A program made the translations under genes and the position numbers. From assembly GCA_043803405.1 (NCBI GenBank), contig JAZDKB010000003.1:56143-120142 (forward strand): a DNA stretch of 64,000 nucleotides, written 5' to 3'. Below are positions 37,896-48,139 of this stretch, in pieces (position 1 is the first letter of the stretch; each line of letters opens with the position of its first letter). This DNA is from Spirochaetota bacterium (GTDB taxonomy: Bacteria > Spirochaetota > UBA4802 > JAFGDQ01). Below the pieces are notes generated by a model. That model was not told the DNA's origin. It searched no databases and saw only the letters and a list, made by a program, of their open reading frames with translations.

Positions 37896-39617
37896 TTAAA
37901 GAACAACTTTTTGTCTTTTTTTAATATAAGCAAACCGAGACCTGTATAGTCTCATTCCCAGGGTATTCTGTTCTTCAATTATTTCTTTTATAATCTCATC
38001 CGTTGTGAGCGGATTTATTGTAACACTGCGAAGTACAACTACTTTTTGAGGATAATACCGCGTAGATTCAAGTCTGGTTCTTGATACAAAACTGTTGTCT
38101 TCTTCTCTTAAATATCTGTGGAGCTGGACATTCAGAGTATTTAGCATATTATTTATCTTTTTAACACTTTTCTGCATAGCTCCGGACTTATCTGATCCAT
38201 TTTTAATCTTACTCATTAATTCGTTTAATTTTTCCTGTACTTCATGAGGGACGAATCTGTAAGTAAATATAAAAAGCTCCGGGGTAGACATGGCTTCAAA
38301 ATTTTCATGTTTATCAACCAACGCTTTTATTGTTTTTGTATTATTAAAAGCAAATTTAAGTAACAGTTTAAAACCGTCCGTACCCATTATTTTTAATGTA
38401 GCCCATGGTTTTAAGCACGAGAACGGCCTTGATCCCTCAATCGTGAACCTTCCCTGGTCGACTGAATCGGGCCGTAAAACATAGCTGGAGGAGTGCTTTA
38501 TATTCTCCAGATCATTCTCATTTTTAAATAAAATCATTCCCATTGATAACGGCGAATATAAAAGCTTATGAGCATCGAAAGTAACAGAATCGGCATGTTC
38601 TATACCTTTGAGCATATGCTTATATTCATCAACAAGAAGAACAGCTCCGCCCCATGCTGCATCAACATGAAAATGTGATAAATTATTGTCCGCAATTTTC
38701 CTTAATTCAACAAGATTATCAATGTTGCCGGTTTCTGTTGTTCCTGCAATGCCTATCAGGGAAATAATTTTAATTTTTTCTTCATTACTGCTATTATGTT
38801 GTTTAATTTCGCTACAGAGTTTCTTTAAAGCTGTAATATCTATTTTATTCATAGAATCAACAGGCACTTTAATAACATTATCCTGTCCAATACCGATAGT
38901 CCTGGCTACTTTATCAATTGAATAATGACCTCTGCGTGAAACAAGTACTACGGCCTTACTGCATTTATAATACTTTAAAGCATCATACAATCCTGCTTTT
39001 CTGATCCCGGGGAACCTGTCTTTGGGAGGAAACGCCTTATTCCTGGCAACCAGCAACGCAGTAAGATTGGCAATTGTTCCATCCGATGTAATATTACCTA
39101 AGGCGATTTTATAATTTTGAACATTTTTTTTATAAAAAGATGCGGGCTTTTTAAAAACAAGCTGATGTATCCATGCAAGGAATTCACGCTCAACAAGAGA
39201 AGATGCCTTTGCAGTTTCAATCTTTACCTGATTCTGATTTAATGCTGCAATTATCATCTCTAAAAGTATCATAAAATACGGGATGGCGCTGGTCATATGC
39301 CCGATATAATACGGATTGCCGACTTTTACCGAATGTGCTATAACTTTATCTTTAATTTCTGAAAGGACATCCTTCAGTAAATGAGGATATTTCGGAAGAT
39401 GTATATCGGAAAAAAGTTTTGCGAGTTGAGGAAGCGGGATTGAGCTATGTATACCGCCTTTATCCTGAAAAAAATGATGGATCAGGTTAAGAAGTTCGTT
39501 TCCGAAGTCTACAAACTTATCCGGGGAATCGGGCATTATAAAAAGCCTTCGGAAATGCTCCAGATCAGCAATTACTTCACCCTTTTGTGGAACGCGTCTC
39601 TTGTGATCATGGTTCAT
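37896..39617 (-). CDS. panP: PLP-dependent group II decarboxylase, PanP-like aspartate 1-decarboxylase
   Basis: YIGHMTSA, LNQNQVKIETAK, GTIANLTALLVARN, GTTETGNID, HVDAAWGG, DAHK, EGSRP. Confidence 0.82.
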   Translation of the reverse strand: MNHDHKRRVPQKGEVIADLEHFRRLFIMPDSPDKFVDFGNELLNLIHHFFQDKGGIHSSIPLPQLAKLFSDIHLPKYPHLLKDVLSEIKDKVIAHSVKVGNPYYIGHMTSAIPYFMILLEMIIAALNQNQVKIETAKASSLVEREFLAWIHQLVFKKPASFYKKNVQNYKIALGNITSDGTIANLTALLVARNKAFPPKDRFPGIRKAGLYDALKYYKCSKAVVLVSRRGHYSIDKVARTIGIGQDNVIKVPVDSMNKIDITALKKLCSEIKQHNSSNEEKIKIISLIGIAGTTETGNIDNLVELRKIADNNLSHFHVDAAWGGAVLLVDEYKHMLKGIEHADSVTFDAHKLLYSPLSMGMILFKNENDLENIKHSSSYVLRPDSVDQGRFTIEGSRPFSCLKPWATLKIMGTDGFKLLLKFAFNNTKTIKALVDKHENFEAMSTPELFIFTYRFVPHEVQEKLNELMSKIKNGSDKSGAMQKSVKKINNMLNTLNVQLHRYLREEDNSFVSRTRLESTRYYPQKVVVLRSVTINPLTTDEIIKEIIEEQNTLGMRLYRSRFAYIKKRQKVVL

Positions 39618-39871
39618 AATAAATTCTTCTTAAAGCAAGATACCGAAAATTTTATTATTTCGAAAAACAAATTTCCAAAAGGCTGAGAATATGGAGATTA
39701 TTTATTAATAGGCGTTTGTTGCAAGAAATTTTTTTGATTAATAAAATAAAATGTCATAATTATATTTTTCAAATTCCACGCTTCCTTTGCTAAAAAAAAA
39801 TTAATTTATTCTAAAATAATTGTTAAATGTTCCGACAATATATACCGGGACAACAAGGACTATAATAACTT

Positions 39872-40165
39872 ATGAATAAAAATAATAATATCTGGTCATT
39901 TCCTCTGCATATTGCCTTTGAAATGGTATCTCTTTATTCAAAGAGTTTTGAAGAAGTGCCTTATAACCAGAATATTATATTTGATCTGACCGGAACAAAA
40001 AATATTCATTCTTCTTTTATCGGATTTTTAATTAATGCCAAACAAAGAATTAAAAAAGAAGGCGGAAAACTTGAGCTTTATATTTCGCCCGAGCTTGAAA
40101 AACTCTTTATTAAAAAAGACTTAAGAAGATTTCTATCATATAATTCAATAAAAAAATCCGCGTAG
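39872..40165 (+). CDS. Short STAS-like protein
   Basis: IIFDLTGTKNIHSSFIGFLI...GGKLEL. Confidence 0.72.
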   Translation: MNKNNNIWSFPLHIAFEMVSLYSKSFEEVPYNQNIIFDLTGTKNIHSSFIGFLINAKQRIKKEGGKLELYISPELEKLFIKKDLRRFLSYNSIKKSA

Positions 40166-40338
40166 TTTCTTTTCTTCGTAAATCTAAAATTAATAATTGA
40201 AATATTTTTAATTGCAGCCTTTATCCTGTTTATGTTATGCTTTTTCTAAAAAATATAAACCGGCATACTTTGACCTTATAATAAAATAATTTAATTATTC
40301 ACTGCGATTGCCGCTGTTTCATAGATGGTATTTAATAA

Positions 40339-41946
40339 ATGAATTTTATGAAATATTCAACAATATTGAAATTAACGCTTATTTTTTGCCTGTTGTTCTT
40401 TTCAGGTGCCGGCCTAACAGGCAAACCTCAATTTAAAGAAATAAAAATATTAGGGTTAAAATTACTAAATGAGAGAAGCTTAATTCAAAAAGCTCATCTT
40501 GATAAAATCCCGGCGAATGAGAATCAGTTCATATCAATTTCAAAAAAGATTGCTGCTTTTTATCAAAAAAACGGTTATATCCTTGTAAGGACATATCTTG
40601 TTCAGGAAAATATTGATAAAATAATTATTTTTGTTGATGAAGGACAAATCGAAAGAATAATATTTAAAAGGCTGGATACTATTGACACTATTAAAATTAA
40701 ATACGAATTCGAACTGAAGGAGCGAATATATAATAAATATATTATTGAAAAAGAAATTAACCGGGTCAAAAATAAATATAAGTTTAAAGACGTAATACAT
40801 ACCTTAGTTCCTATAACTGAAGGAGAAAAAGCTTTTTTCCAGTTAAATGAAGTTATTACAATCCCCTGGTTGCCCTCAATCAGGATCCCTTTTTTTGATG
40901 AATATTGCTCCAGGTACAATCTGGAGATAGAATTTATCAGAGGGAAAAGCGAGCAAAAAACAATAACTTACGGAATAAAAACAAGTTACTCCAAGGGATT
41001 TATACCTGATTTAGTATATCGCCATCCTGACTTTCTTCAAAAAAAAGACGTATTTATTATAGGCTCATCAATCGGACTATATTACGGTTTTGACCTGAAT
41101 TTTAAAAATCCGCCGAAATGGACATTCATGGAAGTTCATTCTGAATATTATTTCAGTCCCATAGGAATTTATTTTACTCCTATGGCATCGGGATCGGCAT
41201 ATTATTCAAGGGCATCGCGAAAAGATCTGGGAATAATAAATTATAATTATTTAAAATTAAGAGGCATATTTGCTCCCGGTGTAACCTTGCTTAACAATCT
41301 TCATATTTACGCAGGTCTTGGAGGTGAAAGAGTATTTATTTTCGATCCTAAAACGGAATCCGATTCGATCTATGCAGCAAACATTAACAGGCATAACGAT
41401 ACATGGGCTGTATATGAAACCAGAATAAAATTGGATGCACGGCCATGGACTCTGAAAAAAACAAAAAAACAGGAATTGGAAGCGGTTTATAATTATTATA
41501 AAAACAAAAAATCATTTCATGAATCGACAATAGAATGGAACGGCACTATAGAGTTTAAAAACCTTGACCTTTATTTATTCACAATTGAGTTTGAAAAAAT
41601 CTGGGACAGGCCTCCCTTTTATCATGAATATTCCGTTTCCGGCGCAAATTTTAAGGGATTTATGGGCAAAAGTTATTACACAAGGAATGTCTTACGATTT
41701 GCAAATGAATACAGAATTTCCGTTTACAGAGATTTGTACCATATTGGTTTATTTACCGATATTACCCGATTTGAAGGCTCAGGTTATGATTTAAACGGAT
41801 ATCAAAGCGGTTTTGTAGCAGGAATAGCAGGGCATATTATCTTTCTCGACCAGTTTGAATTTAACATATTTTTCGGCAAGGATTATCTGTTTTCAAAAGA
41901 GGAAAGCCAGTATAATATATATTTAAATGCAGGTAAAAAATGGTAA
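40339..41946 (+). CDS. POTRA-containing Omp85/ShlB-like outer-membrane protein
   Basis: Signal peptide, FYQKNGY...IFVDEGQIERI POTRA, barrel strands, C-terminal Trp. Confidence 0.7.
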   Translation: MNFMKYSTILKLTLIFCLLFFSGAGLTGKPQFKEIKILGLKLLNERSLIQKAHLDKIPANENQFISISKKIAAFYQKNGYILVRTYLVQENIDKIIIFVDEGQIERIIFKRLDTIDTIKIKYEFELKERIYNKYIIEKEINRVKNKYKFKDVIHTLVPITEGEKAFFQLNEVITIPWLPSIRIPFFDEYCSRYNLEIEFIRGKSEQKTITYGIKTSYSKGFIPDLVYRHPDFLQKKDVFIIGSSIGLYYGFDLNFKNPPKWTFMEVHSEYYFSPIGIYFTPMASGSAYYSRASRKDLGIINYNYLKLRGIFAPGVTLLNNLHIYAGLGGERVFIFDPKTESDSIYAANINRHNDTWAVYETRIKLDARPWTLKKTKKQELEAVYNYYKNKKSFHESTIEWNGTIEFKNLDLYLFTIEFEKIWDRPPFYHEYSVSGANFKGFMGKSYYTRNVLRFANEYRISVYRDLYHIGLFTDITRFEGSGYDLNGYQSGFVAGIAGHIIFLDQFEFNIFFGKDYLFSKEESQYNIYLNAGKKW

Positions 41947-41947
41947 A

Positions 41948-41979
41948 GACGGGAAGAACAATAGTTTATTCTCCCCGTC
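41948..41979. terminator. Hairpin between convergent genes
   Basis: gacgggaagaa...ttctccccgtc. Confidence 0.55.
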
Positions 41980-42016
41980 CTGTGAAGAAAAATTTTAAGT
42001 AATAATTTCTTTTAAA

Positions 42017-42226
42017 TTACTTCTTTACTTCTTCTTTCTTCATTTCTTTCTTTGCTTCTTCTTTCTTTACTTCTTTCTTTGCATCTTTCTTTGCAGCTTT
42101 CTTTGTTTCTTTCTTTGCTTCTTTCTTTGCTGGTTCTTTAACAGCTTCTTTCTTTACTTCTTCTGCTGCGAAAGCGATTGATGCTGCGAACATAACTGCT
42201 GCGATAGTAACGAGTAATTTTTTCAT
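42017..42226 (-). CDS. Small secreted Lys/Glu/Ala-rich repetitive protein (Asr-like composition)
   Basis: GGAGG RBS, signal peptide MKKLLVTIAAVMFAASIAFA, then KKEA/KKEV repeats. Confidence 0.85.
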   Translation of the reverse strand: MKKLLVTIAAVMFAASIAFAAEEVKKEAVKEPAKKEAKKETKKAAKKDAKKEVKKEEAKKEMKKEEVKK

Positions 42227-42282
42227 TAAATCCTCCGATTTTTTAATTGTATTTTAATTCTTTTATTTTAACTTCCTGTTTA

Positions 42283-42312
42283 TATAACGTCAAATAATAC
42301 TAAATAGTGACA
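42283..42312 (-). promoter_or_regulatory. Candidate ECF sigma promoter
   Basis: TGTCACT-N16-CGTTATA on the minus strand upstream of the small KE-rich gene; near-copy at 42846. Confidence 0.6.
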
Positions 42313-42325
42313 TTTTATAAAAAAA

Positions 42326-42835
42326 ATGTTGGATAATAAAAAAATTTCCGAATTATACGATAAATTCTCCAGAGAACTGATGATCTATATTTATTCCTTT
42401 ATCCGGTCACAGGAATCATCGGAAGACATTTTGCATGACACATTTATACGGCTTTTATCACACGCAAAGGATGATTCAATAGTAGATAGCAATTTAAGAG
42501 CTATGCTATACACAATAGCCCGAAATTTATGCATTGATTATATAAGAAAAAAAAGCCGTAATTCGGAAACGCAGCTGGATGAAAACATTGAAGTATCCGG
42601 AAATAAGGTTATTGATGATTTAAACGCCAAATATCTGCAGGAAAAAATTAATGATTTTATTCAAAACGCCGATCCTGTATCGCGCTCAATTTTCATAATG
42701 AAAAAAGAACTATCATTAACGTATGAATCAATAGCCGAAAGGCTTGGTATTTCCGAAAGAACTGTAAAACGTAAAATGCGTCAAATATCCGAAAACCTCC
42801 TCGAAGAACTAAAAAGATGTAATTTTTTAAATTAA
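42326..42835 (+). CDS. ECF RNA polymerase sigma factor
   Basis: EDILHDTFIRL, LYTIARNLCIDYIRK, YESIAERLGISERTVKR. Confidence 0.93.
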   Translation: MLDNKKISELYDKFSRELMIYIYSFIRSQESSEDILHDTFIRLLSHAKDDSIVDSNLRAMLYTIARNLCIDYIRKKSRNSETQLDENIEVSGNKVIDDLNAKYLQEKINDFIQNADPVSRSIFIMKKELSLTYESIAERLGISERTVKRKMRQISENLLEELKRCNFLN

Positions 42836-42845
42836 TGAGCATCCC

Positions 42846-42874
42846 TGACACTTAATCGCGATTTATTCGTTATA
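42846..42874 (+). promoter_or_regulatory. Candidate ECF sigma promoter
   Basis: TGACACT-N15-CGTTATA upstream of the anti-sigma gene. Confidence 0.55.
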
Positions 42875-42898
42875 TTAATTAAGAAGGGGAGATTTACA

Positions 42899-43915
42899 AT
42901 GAAACACCTTTCACAGAAAGAATGTATCGCGTTAATGTTTGAACTGTTAAATAAAAAACAACAGGTATATGCAGAAAATCATATTAAAAGCTGCGATAAA
43001 TGTGAAAAAAAATTTAATTCTTTATTACCAATTGCAGTTCCATATCTCAAGAACAATGTAATTTTTCCGGAAACGTTAAAAAAGCGTATATTAATTTCCG
43101 TTGTTAAAATAACAAATTCTGAAAAAAAGGCAAAATTAATCGATATTATTCAATTTTTTCGTAAAAGAGCAATATTATACGCTTCAGTCACTGCCAGTCT
43201 CATTATTATTGCTGCGGGAACCGTTTTTTATTTTAATGTAAAGACCAGCACCGCTTATTTTAAAATTGCCCGTATGTACGGCAAAGCTCAAATAGATGCA
43301 ATTCCTGCCAAGCTTAATGATACAGTCAGTTCCGGCAACACGATTTCAACCAACGATAATTCCGCAATGATGCTGCTGACCTTGCGCGATAATAAAATGA
43401 TGATAATGGGGGAATCGTTGCTGACTATCAATAAGGCCAAACTCAACAGAAGCAACAACCTGGAAGTCAATTACAGCCTCGACAAAGGCATTCTACTCAA
43501 CAAAAACAATCAAAACGCATCTGTTAAACAGGCTTATACTACACCGCATGCGTTAATAAGGGCACAGGACGCAGACTTGATGCTGCAGACTTCAAATGAT
43601 GCTAGCAGTATTTTGCTGATTAAAGGTAAGCTCGAAGTCGTCGATAAAAAATCTTCAAATAAAATTACCATTGATTCACCCGGAGAATATATAATTACTA
43701 ACGGCGACGGTATGAAGATGACAAAAACCGAAGATGTTGTAATCCGCGATATTCAAAAACTGGATGAAGTTTTTGAAATGAACGAGGATGAAAACCCTGC
43801 AACCCAAAATCAGAATCCGGATGATTCAATAAAAAACAGCAACTTACCTGATGACGCCGCCAGTGTATTGCGCGAAAAGCTCTCCCGGCATATTGATCAG
43901 GATGCGGATCAATAA
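42899..43915 (+). CDS. Anti-sigma factor (zinc-finger HxxxCxxC + TM + FecR-like domain)
   Basis: HIKSCDKC, one TM segment, GNTIST...LDKG...TTPHA...LIKGKLEV. Confidence 0.82.
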   Translation: MKHLSQKECIALMFELLNKKQQVYAENHIKSCDKCEKKFNSLLPIAVPYLKNNVIFPETLKKRILISVVKITNSEKKAKLIDIIQFFRKRAILYASVTASLIIIAAGTVFYFNVKTSTAYFKIARMYGKAQIDAIPAKLNDTVSSGNTISTNDNSAMMLLTLRDNKMMIMGESLLTINKAKLNRSNNLEVNYSLDKGILLNKNNQNASVKQAYTTPHALIRAQDADLMLQTSNDASSILLIKGKLEVVDKKSSNKITIDSPGEYIITNGDGMKMTKTEDVVIRDIQKLDEVFEMNEDENPATQNQNPDDSIKNSNLPDDAASVLREKLSRHIDQDADQ

Positions 43916-43986
43916 AAATAATCCTGGCAGGCTGTAATACTGCATGACCGGATTTCATTTTAACCGTTAACGAAATATTTCAGCTT

Positions 43987-44913
43987 TTAAAACTCACCTA
44001 CCATTTTAATTTCCGGCTCCAGTATAATTTTAAATCTGTTATACACAGTTTCTTTTATCAGATTTATCAGAGTAAGTATATCGAGCGAAGTGGCATTCCC
44101 CGAATTAATAATAAAATTAGTATGAAGTTCGGAAACACGTGCCCCGCCTATTCCTTTGCCTTTTAATCCGGATTCATCCACGAGCTTCCATGATGAATAT
44201 CCGGCTGGATTTTTAAAGACTGATCCCGCTGATGGATAATTAAGCGGATGTTTGCTTTTTCTTTCCTGTAAAAGCCTGTCAATTTTCGCTTTAACTTTTT
44301 CCTTATCCGGTGTTCTTTGCATCTTAAAATAGCCGCCAAGCACAATGTATTCCTTCGGAATCCCCATTGTCCTGTATCCTGCAGCATTCTTTGCCAAAGA
44401 ACAATTTGTTACGACGCCCTCTGTGTTCATGATCGATATGCTTGTCAGAATATCCGCAAAATTTCCGTCAATAGTGCCTGCGTTCATTACAATGCCTCCG
44501 CCGATGCAACCCGGGATTCCCGCCATGAACTCCATTCCCTCATAACCGAAGTCAACGCAGTAATTTAAAAATTTTTCTTTTAAATTTATTGCATCAGAAT
44601 AAACCAATCCATCATCTTGAACTGAAATTTTGCCTTTTATTTTACCCGATGCGCTGTTCTGCATAATAACAACGCCCCTGATGCCTTTATCTCCGACAAG
44701 GAGATTGGTGCATCCCCCAAGCAGAGTAACAGTCACGGATTCTTCCCTGGATAGCAAAATTATTTCTTTTAATGAATTTTGATCATTTGGCCAGATAATA
44801 AAATCAGCAGGCCCGCCGGTTTTAAAGCTTGTATAATTTTTTAAAGGTTCGTTTATCTTTAGAATACCGAGTTTATTTAATTCTAATTTTAATTTATTAT
44901 CAAAGTAGCTCAC
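43987..44913 (-). CDS. murB: UDP-N-acetylenolpyruvoylglucosamine reductase
   Basis: YTSFKTGGPA, GIPGCIGG..VMNAG, PSAGSVFKNP, HTNFIIN, LEPEI. Confidence 0.96.
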   Translation of the reverse strand: MSYFDNKLKLELNKLGILKINEPLKNYTSFKTGGPADFIIWPNDQNSLKEIILLSREESVTVTLLGGCTNLLVGDKGIRGVVIMQNSASGKIKGKISVQDDGLVYSDAINLKEKFLNYCVDFGYEGMEFMAGIPGCIGGGIVMNAGTIDGNFADILTSISIMNTEGVVTNCSLAKNAAGYRTMGIPKEYIVLGGYFKMQRTPDKEKVKAKIDRLLQERKSKHPLNYPSAGSVFKNPAGYSSWKLVDESGLKGKGIGGARVSELHTNFIINSGNATSLDILTLINLIKETVYNRFKIILEPEIKMVGEF

Positions 44914-45099
44914 TATTATTCTTAATCCTAAACTTTTAATTTAATTATTATGGAAAATGCAAATTACCGTAATTATTGCAAGTATTTTAAATAAAAATAT
45001 CAAGCTTTATAAATATCAAGATTTTACTTTACAAACTCGATAATATGTATAAGGCTCTGTAAAATATCAGGTAATGCAGGAAAATATATTTAAACAATT

Positions 45100-45660
45100 A
45101 TGCTGTCTTTAAAAAAATCAAAGAAGGATATCCCGGATCTGACCGAATTTACGGATGATGAAGGGCGCAAGTGGATTCAGACATCTGCGGATGATCTTTT
45201 CGCTTCCAGCGAGTTCCATGATATACTTGATAAGATCGAAAAAGATAAAAGCAAAGACGAAATTATCCTTGCCAAGTTTGATTTTCGAAAAGTAAATAAG
45301 GAATATCACGAAACTATTCTGGATTTGCAGGCAAGACAAAAAAAGCAAAATGAAATACTGAAGAAACTTCTTATCGATGCAAAAGATACGATTGACAAAA
45401 AAAACGCCAAGCTGAAAGAATTGGTTAAATATATAAGAAAAATTCATTTACTTTTGGCATATTATAAAACTAATCCTGAAAAAATTGAAGAGCTTATTCC
45501 TTCTCCTGATACTGTATTTTATGAATTGGTGAGCGCTGTTGAAGAGCCGGAAAAAACGGAAGCAGGCGGGGAAATAGTCAAAGAGACTGTCAAAACAGTT
45601 ATTAAATATACTGATGTTGATGAGATTTTGCTTGATGACGAGGGGAATGAAAAAGGCTAA
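45100..45660 (+). CDS. Hypothetical coiled-coil protein
   Basis: 186 aa charged helical ORF upstream of cysS. Confidence 0.72.
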   Translation: MLSLKKSKKDIPDLTEFTDDEGRKWIQTSADDLFASSEFHDILDKIEKDKSKDEIILAKFDFRKVNKEYHETILDLQARQKKQNEILKKLLIDAKDTIDKKNAKLKELVKYIRKIHLLLAYYKTNPEKIEELIPSPDTVFYELVSAVEEPEKTEAGGEIVKETVKTVIKYTDVDEILLDDEGNEKG

Positions 45661-45716
45661 CATCCTAAAGAATGATCTTGCCTGACGGGATTAGCCCCAA
45701 AAGCTCAAAAAAATAT

Positions 45717-47147
45717 ATGACCTTAAAACTACACAATACCCTTTCCGGCAGAAACGAAGATTTTATTCCCGGCGGCGTTCAGAAAGAAAACATCGCGGAT
45801 TACCCTCCAGTGACGATTTATTCATGCGGGCCTACAGTTTACAGCTACGCGCATATCGGTAACTTCAGAACTTTCGTGTTCAATGACCTGCTTAACAGAT
45901 ACCTTAAGTTCCGCGGTTTTAAAGTGCGGCATGCGATGAACATTACGGACGTGGACGATAAAACAATCGCAGGAGCAAAAAACGAAGGCGTTACGTTAAA
46001 AAATTATACGGAAAAGTACACGGACATTTTTCTTGAGGATTTAAAGTCGCTTAATATTGAACCCGTGGATTACATGCCGAAAGCAACTGAATCTATTGAT
46101 GCCATGATCGACATTCTGACAAGGCTGAAAGAAAAGGGCATTGCTTATGAAAAAGACGGATCGCTCTACTTCAGTATAGCGAAGTTTCCTTTATACGGCA
46201 AACTGAGCAGGCTGGATCAGAGAGAGATAAAGTGCGGCCTCCGGTACGATAGTGACAGCTATGAGAAAGAAGATGTGCGTGACTTTGCTCTCTGGAAAGC
46301 TGCTGCGCCCGGCGAGCCGTCTTGGGAGACGCCTTTTGGAAACGGCAGGCCGGGCTGGCATATTGAATGCTCTGCTATGATAAGAAAAATATTCGGAAGC
46401 ACGATCGATATACATACAGGCGGCGTGGACCTAATTTTTCCTCATCACGAGAACGAGATTGCCCAGAGCGAAGCAGCCTACGGCGAGCGCTTTGTACGGC
46501 ACTGGATACACGCGGAGCATCTTCTGGTTGACGGAGCCAAGATGTCCAAATCGCTCGGTAATTTTTATACATTGAGAGATCTGGAAGGGAAAGGTTTTTC
46601 GCCGAGGTCAATAAGGTATCTTTTATTATCAGCGCATTACAAGAAACAACTTAATTTTACTTTTGACGGACTTAAACAGGCTGACGCTGCCCTGGAGCGC
46701 ATCGACAATTTTATCATCAGGCTGAACGATGTAAAAAACGAAGGAAGCGGCAATCCCGAACTGGAAAATATTATACAAAAATTTATTTCAAAATTTACAG
46801 AGACAATGGACGACGACCTCAATACTGCAGGGGGGCTGGGTGTTCTTTTTGATTTTATTCATGAGGTTAACTCACTAATAAGCGGAGAAAAACTTTCCAA
46901 TGTAGATACTCAGAAAATTTTTAATTCGCTTAAAAGAATAGACTGTGTATTCGGCTTTATTTTTAATAAGAGTACAAAGCAGGATAATGTTGATACTAAT
47001 AGAATCGAACAGCTTATAAAAGAAAGAACGGACGCGAAGAAAGGCAAAAATTTTAAAAGGGCTGACGAAATTCGGGATATGCTGCTTAAAGAAGGCATTA
47101 TTCTTGAAGACAGCAAAGACGGAACGCGGTGGAAAACAAAGAAATAA
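45717..47147 (+). CDS. cysS: Cysteine--tRNA ligase
   Basis: CGPTVY..AHIGN, GRPGWHIECSAM, FPHHENE, KMSKS; start ATG 45717. Confidence 0.98.
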   Translation: MTLKLHNTLSGRNEDFIPGGVQKENIADYPPVTIYSCGPTVYSYAHIGNFRTFVFNDLLNRYLKFRGFKVRHAMNITDVDDKTIAGAKNEGVTLKNYTEKYTDIFLEDLKSLNIEPVDYMPKATESIDAMIDILTRLKEKGIAYEKDGSLYFSIAKFPLYGKLSRLDQREIKCGLRYDSDSYEKEDVRDFALWKAAAPGEPSWETPFGNGRPGWHIECSAMIRKIFGSTIDIHTGGVDLIFPHHENEIAQSEAAYGERFVRHWIHAEHLLVDGAKMSKSLGNFYTLRDLEGKGFSPRSIRYLLLSAHYKKQLNFTFDGLKQADAALERIDNFIIRLNDVKNEGSGNPELENIIQKFISKFTETMDDDLNTAGGLGVLFDFIHEVNSLISGEKLSNVDTQKIFNSLKRIDCVFGFIFNKSTKQDNVDTNRIEQLIKERTDAKKGKNFKRADEIRDMLLKEGIILEDSKDGTRWKTKK

Positions 47148-47872
47148 TATTCGGCCGCAATCCTGTTTTGGAATATATTCGCAGCTTAAAGACTGCGGAT
47201 GCAGTACTCCACGTTTCTAATACTGCGCACGGAAGGATAATAGACGAAATTATAAGCGCTGCAAAAAGCAAACGCATAAAGATCGACTTCTGCGGAAAAG
47301 ATATACTATTCAAATTTGAACCTTCATCAAGGCACCAGGGCGTTGTACTTGAGCTCGCGCGGACTATGCTGGAGGCTTCCAGGGAAATTACTTTACGGGA
47401 TTTCCTTGCAGCCGTTGGTGCAGAGAAAGGCGTACTCGTTTTTCTGGACCAGATCACCGACCCTCACAACACTGGCTCGATCATAAGGACAACGGAAGCT
47501 CTCGGCGGCCGCGGTGTAATACTCACAAAAGACCGCTCCGCGGGCATAACGCCGGCAGCAGCAAAGGCGTCTGCAGGCGCCACCGCGCATCTTCCTGTTT
47601 ATACTGTCCCGAACGCTGCCACATTCCTCGAAAACGCAAAAGAAGCCGGGTTCTGGATTATCGGCACTTCGGACAAAGGGAGCGTTGAGTTAAGCAAACT
47701 TAAAGAACTTAAGCCTGCTGTTATAATAATCGGAAGCGAAGGCACAGGCATGCGGAGTCTCACTGAAGCAAAATGCGATTTCGTTGCCGGGATTCCTTTA
47801 AAGGGGAACATTTCCTCTTTAAATGCAGCAGTAGCAGCAGGCATAATCCTTTACGAAGCTCTTAAGGATTAA
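47129..47872 (+). CDS. rlmB: 23S rRNA Gm2251 methyltransferase (TrmH/SpoU family)
   Basis: IFGRNPV, HQGV, DQITDPHNTG, IGSEGTG, SSLNAAVA; follows cysS. Confidence 0.92.
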   Translation: MENKEIIFGRNPVLEYIRSLKTADAVLHVSNTAHGRIIDEIISAAKSKRIKIDFCGKDILFKFEPSSRHQGVVLELARTMLEASREITLRDFLAAVGAEKGVLVFLDQITDPHNTGSIIRTTEALGGRGVILTKDRSAGITPAAAKASAGATAHLPVYTVPNAATFLENAKEAGFWIIGTSDKGSVELSKLKELKPAVIIIGSEGTGMRSLTEAKCDFVAGIPLKGNISSLNAAVAAGIILYEALKD

Positions 47873-47920
47873 GAGAGCTTTTTATAATCTTTGATTTCTA
47901 CAAATTATTTAAAAATAAAA

Positions 47921-48076
47921 TTTTCCGGGGCAAGTCCCTGTTACTGAACTACCAGCTGCCACCCGCGGTGTCGGCCGTCGCGAAAGCAAAGGTATTATGT
48001 TTCAAGGTGTTGTCGATTTGTGTGCAACCACATAAACCGATAGACTTTCATCCTCGATGCAAGCGTCAAAGTATTT
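47921..48076. mobile_element. Degenerate IS200/IS605-end-like palindromic remnant
   Basis: Two decayed GCAAG-loop hairpins (ggggcaagtccc; ttcatcctcgatgcaagcgtcaaagtatt) plus an internal stem tttgtgtg/cacataaa. Confidence 0.4.
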
Positions 48077-48087
48077 TGCCTTTAAAT

Positions 48088-48119
48088 AAAAACAGCCTGC
48101 GGATTAACGCAGGCTGTTT
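48088..48119 (-). terminator. Intrinsic terminator of RRM gene
   Basis: aaacagcctgcg-gattaa-cgcaggctgttt with a T-tract on the minus strand. Confidence 0.85.
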
Positions 48120-48139
48120 CTAAAATCCGATATAAATTT

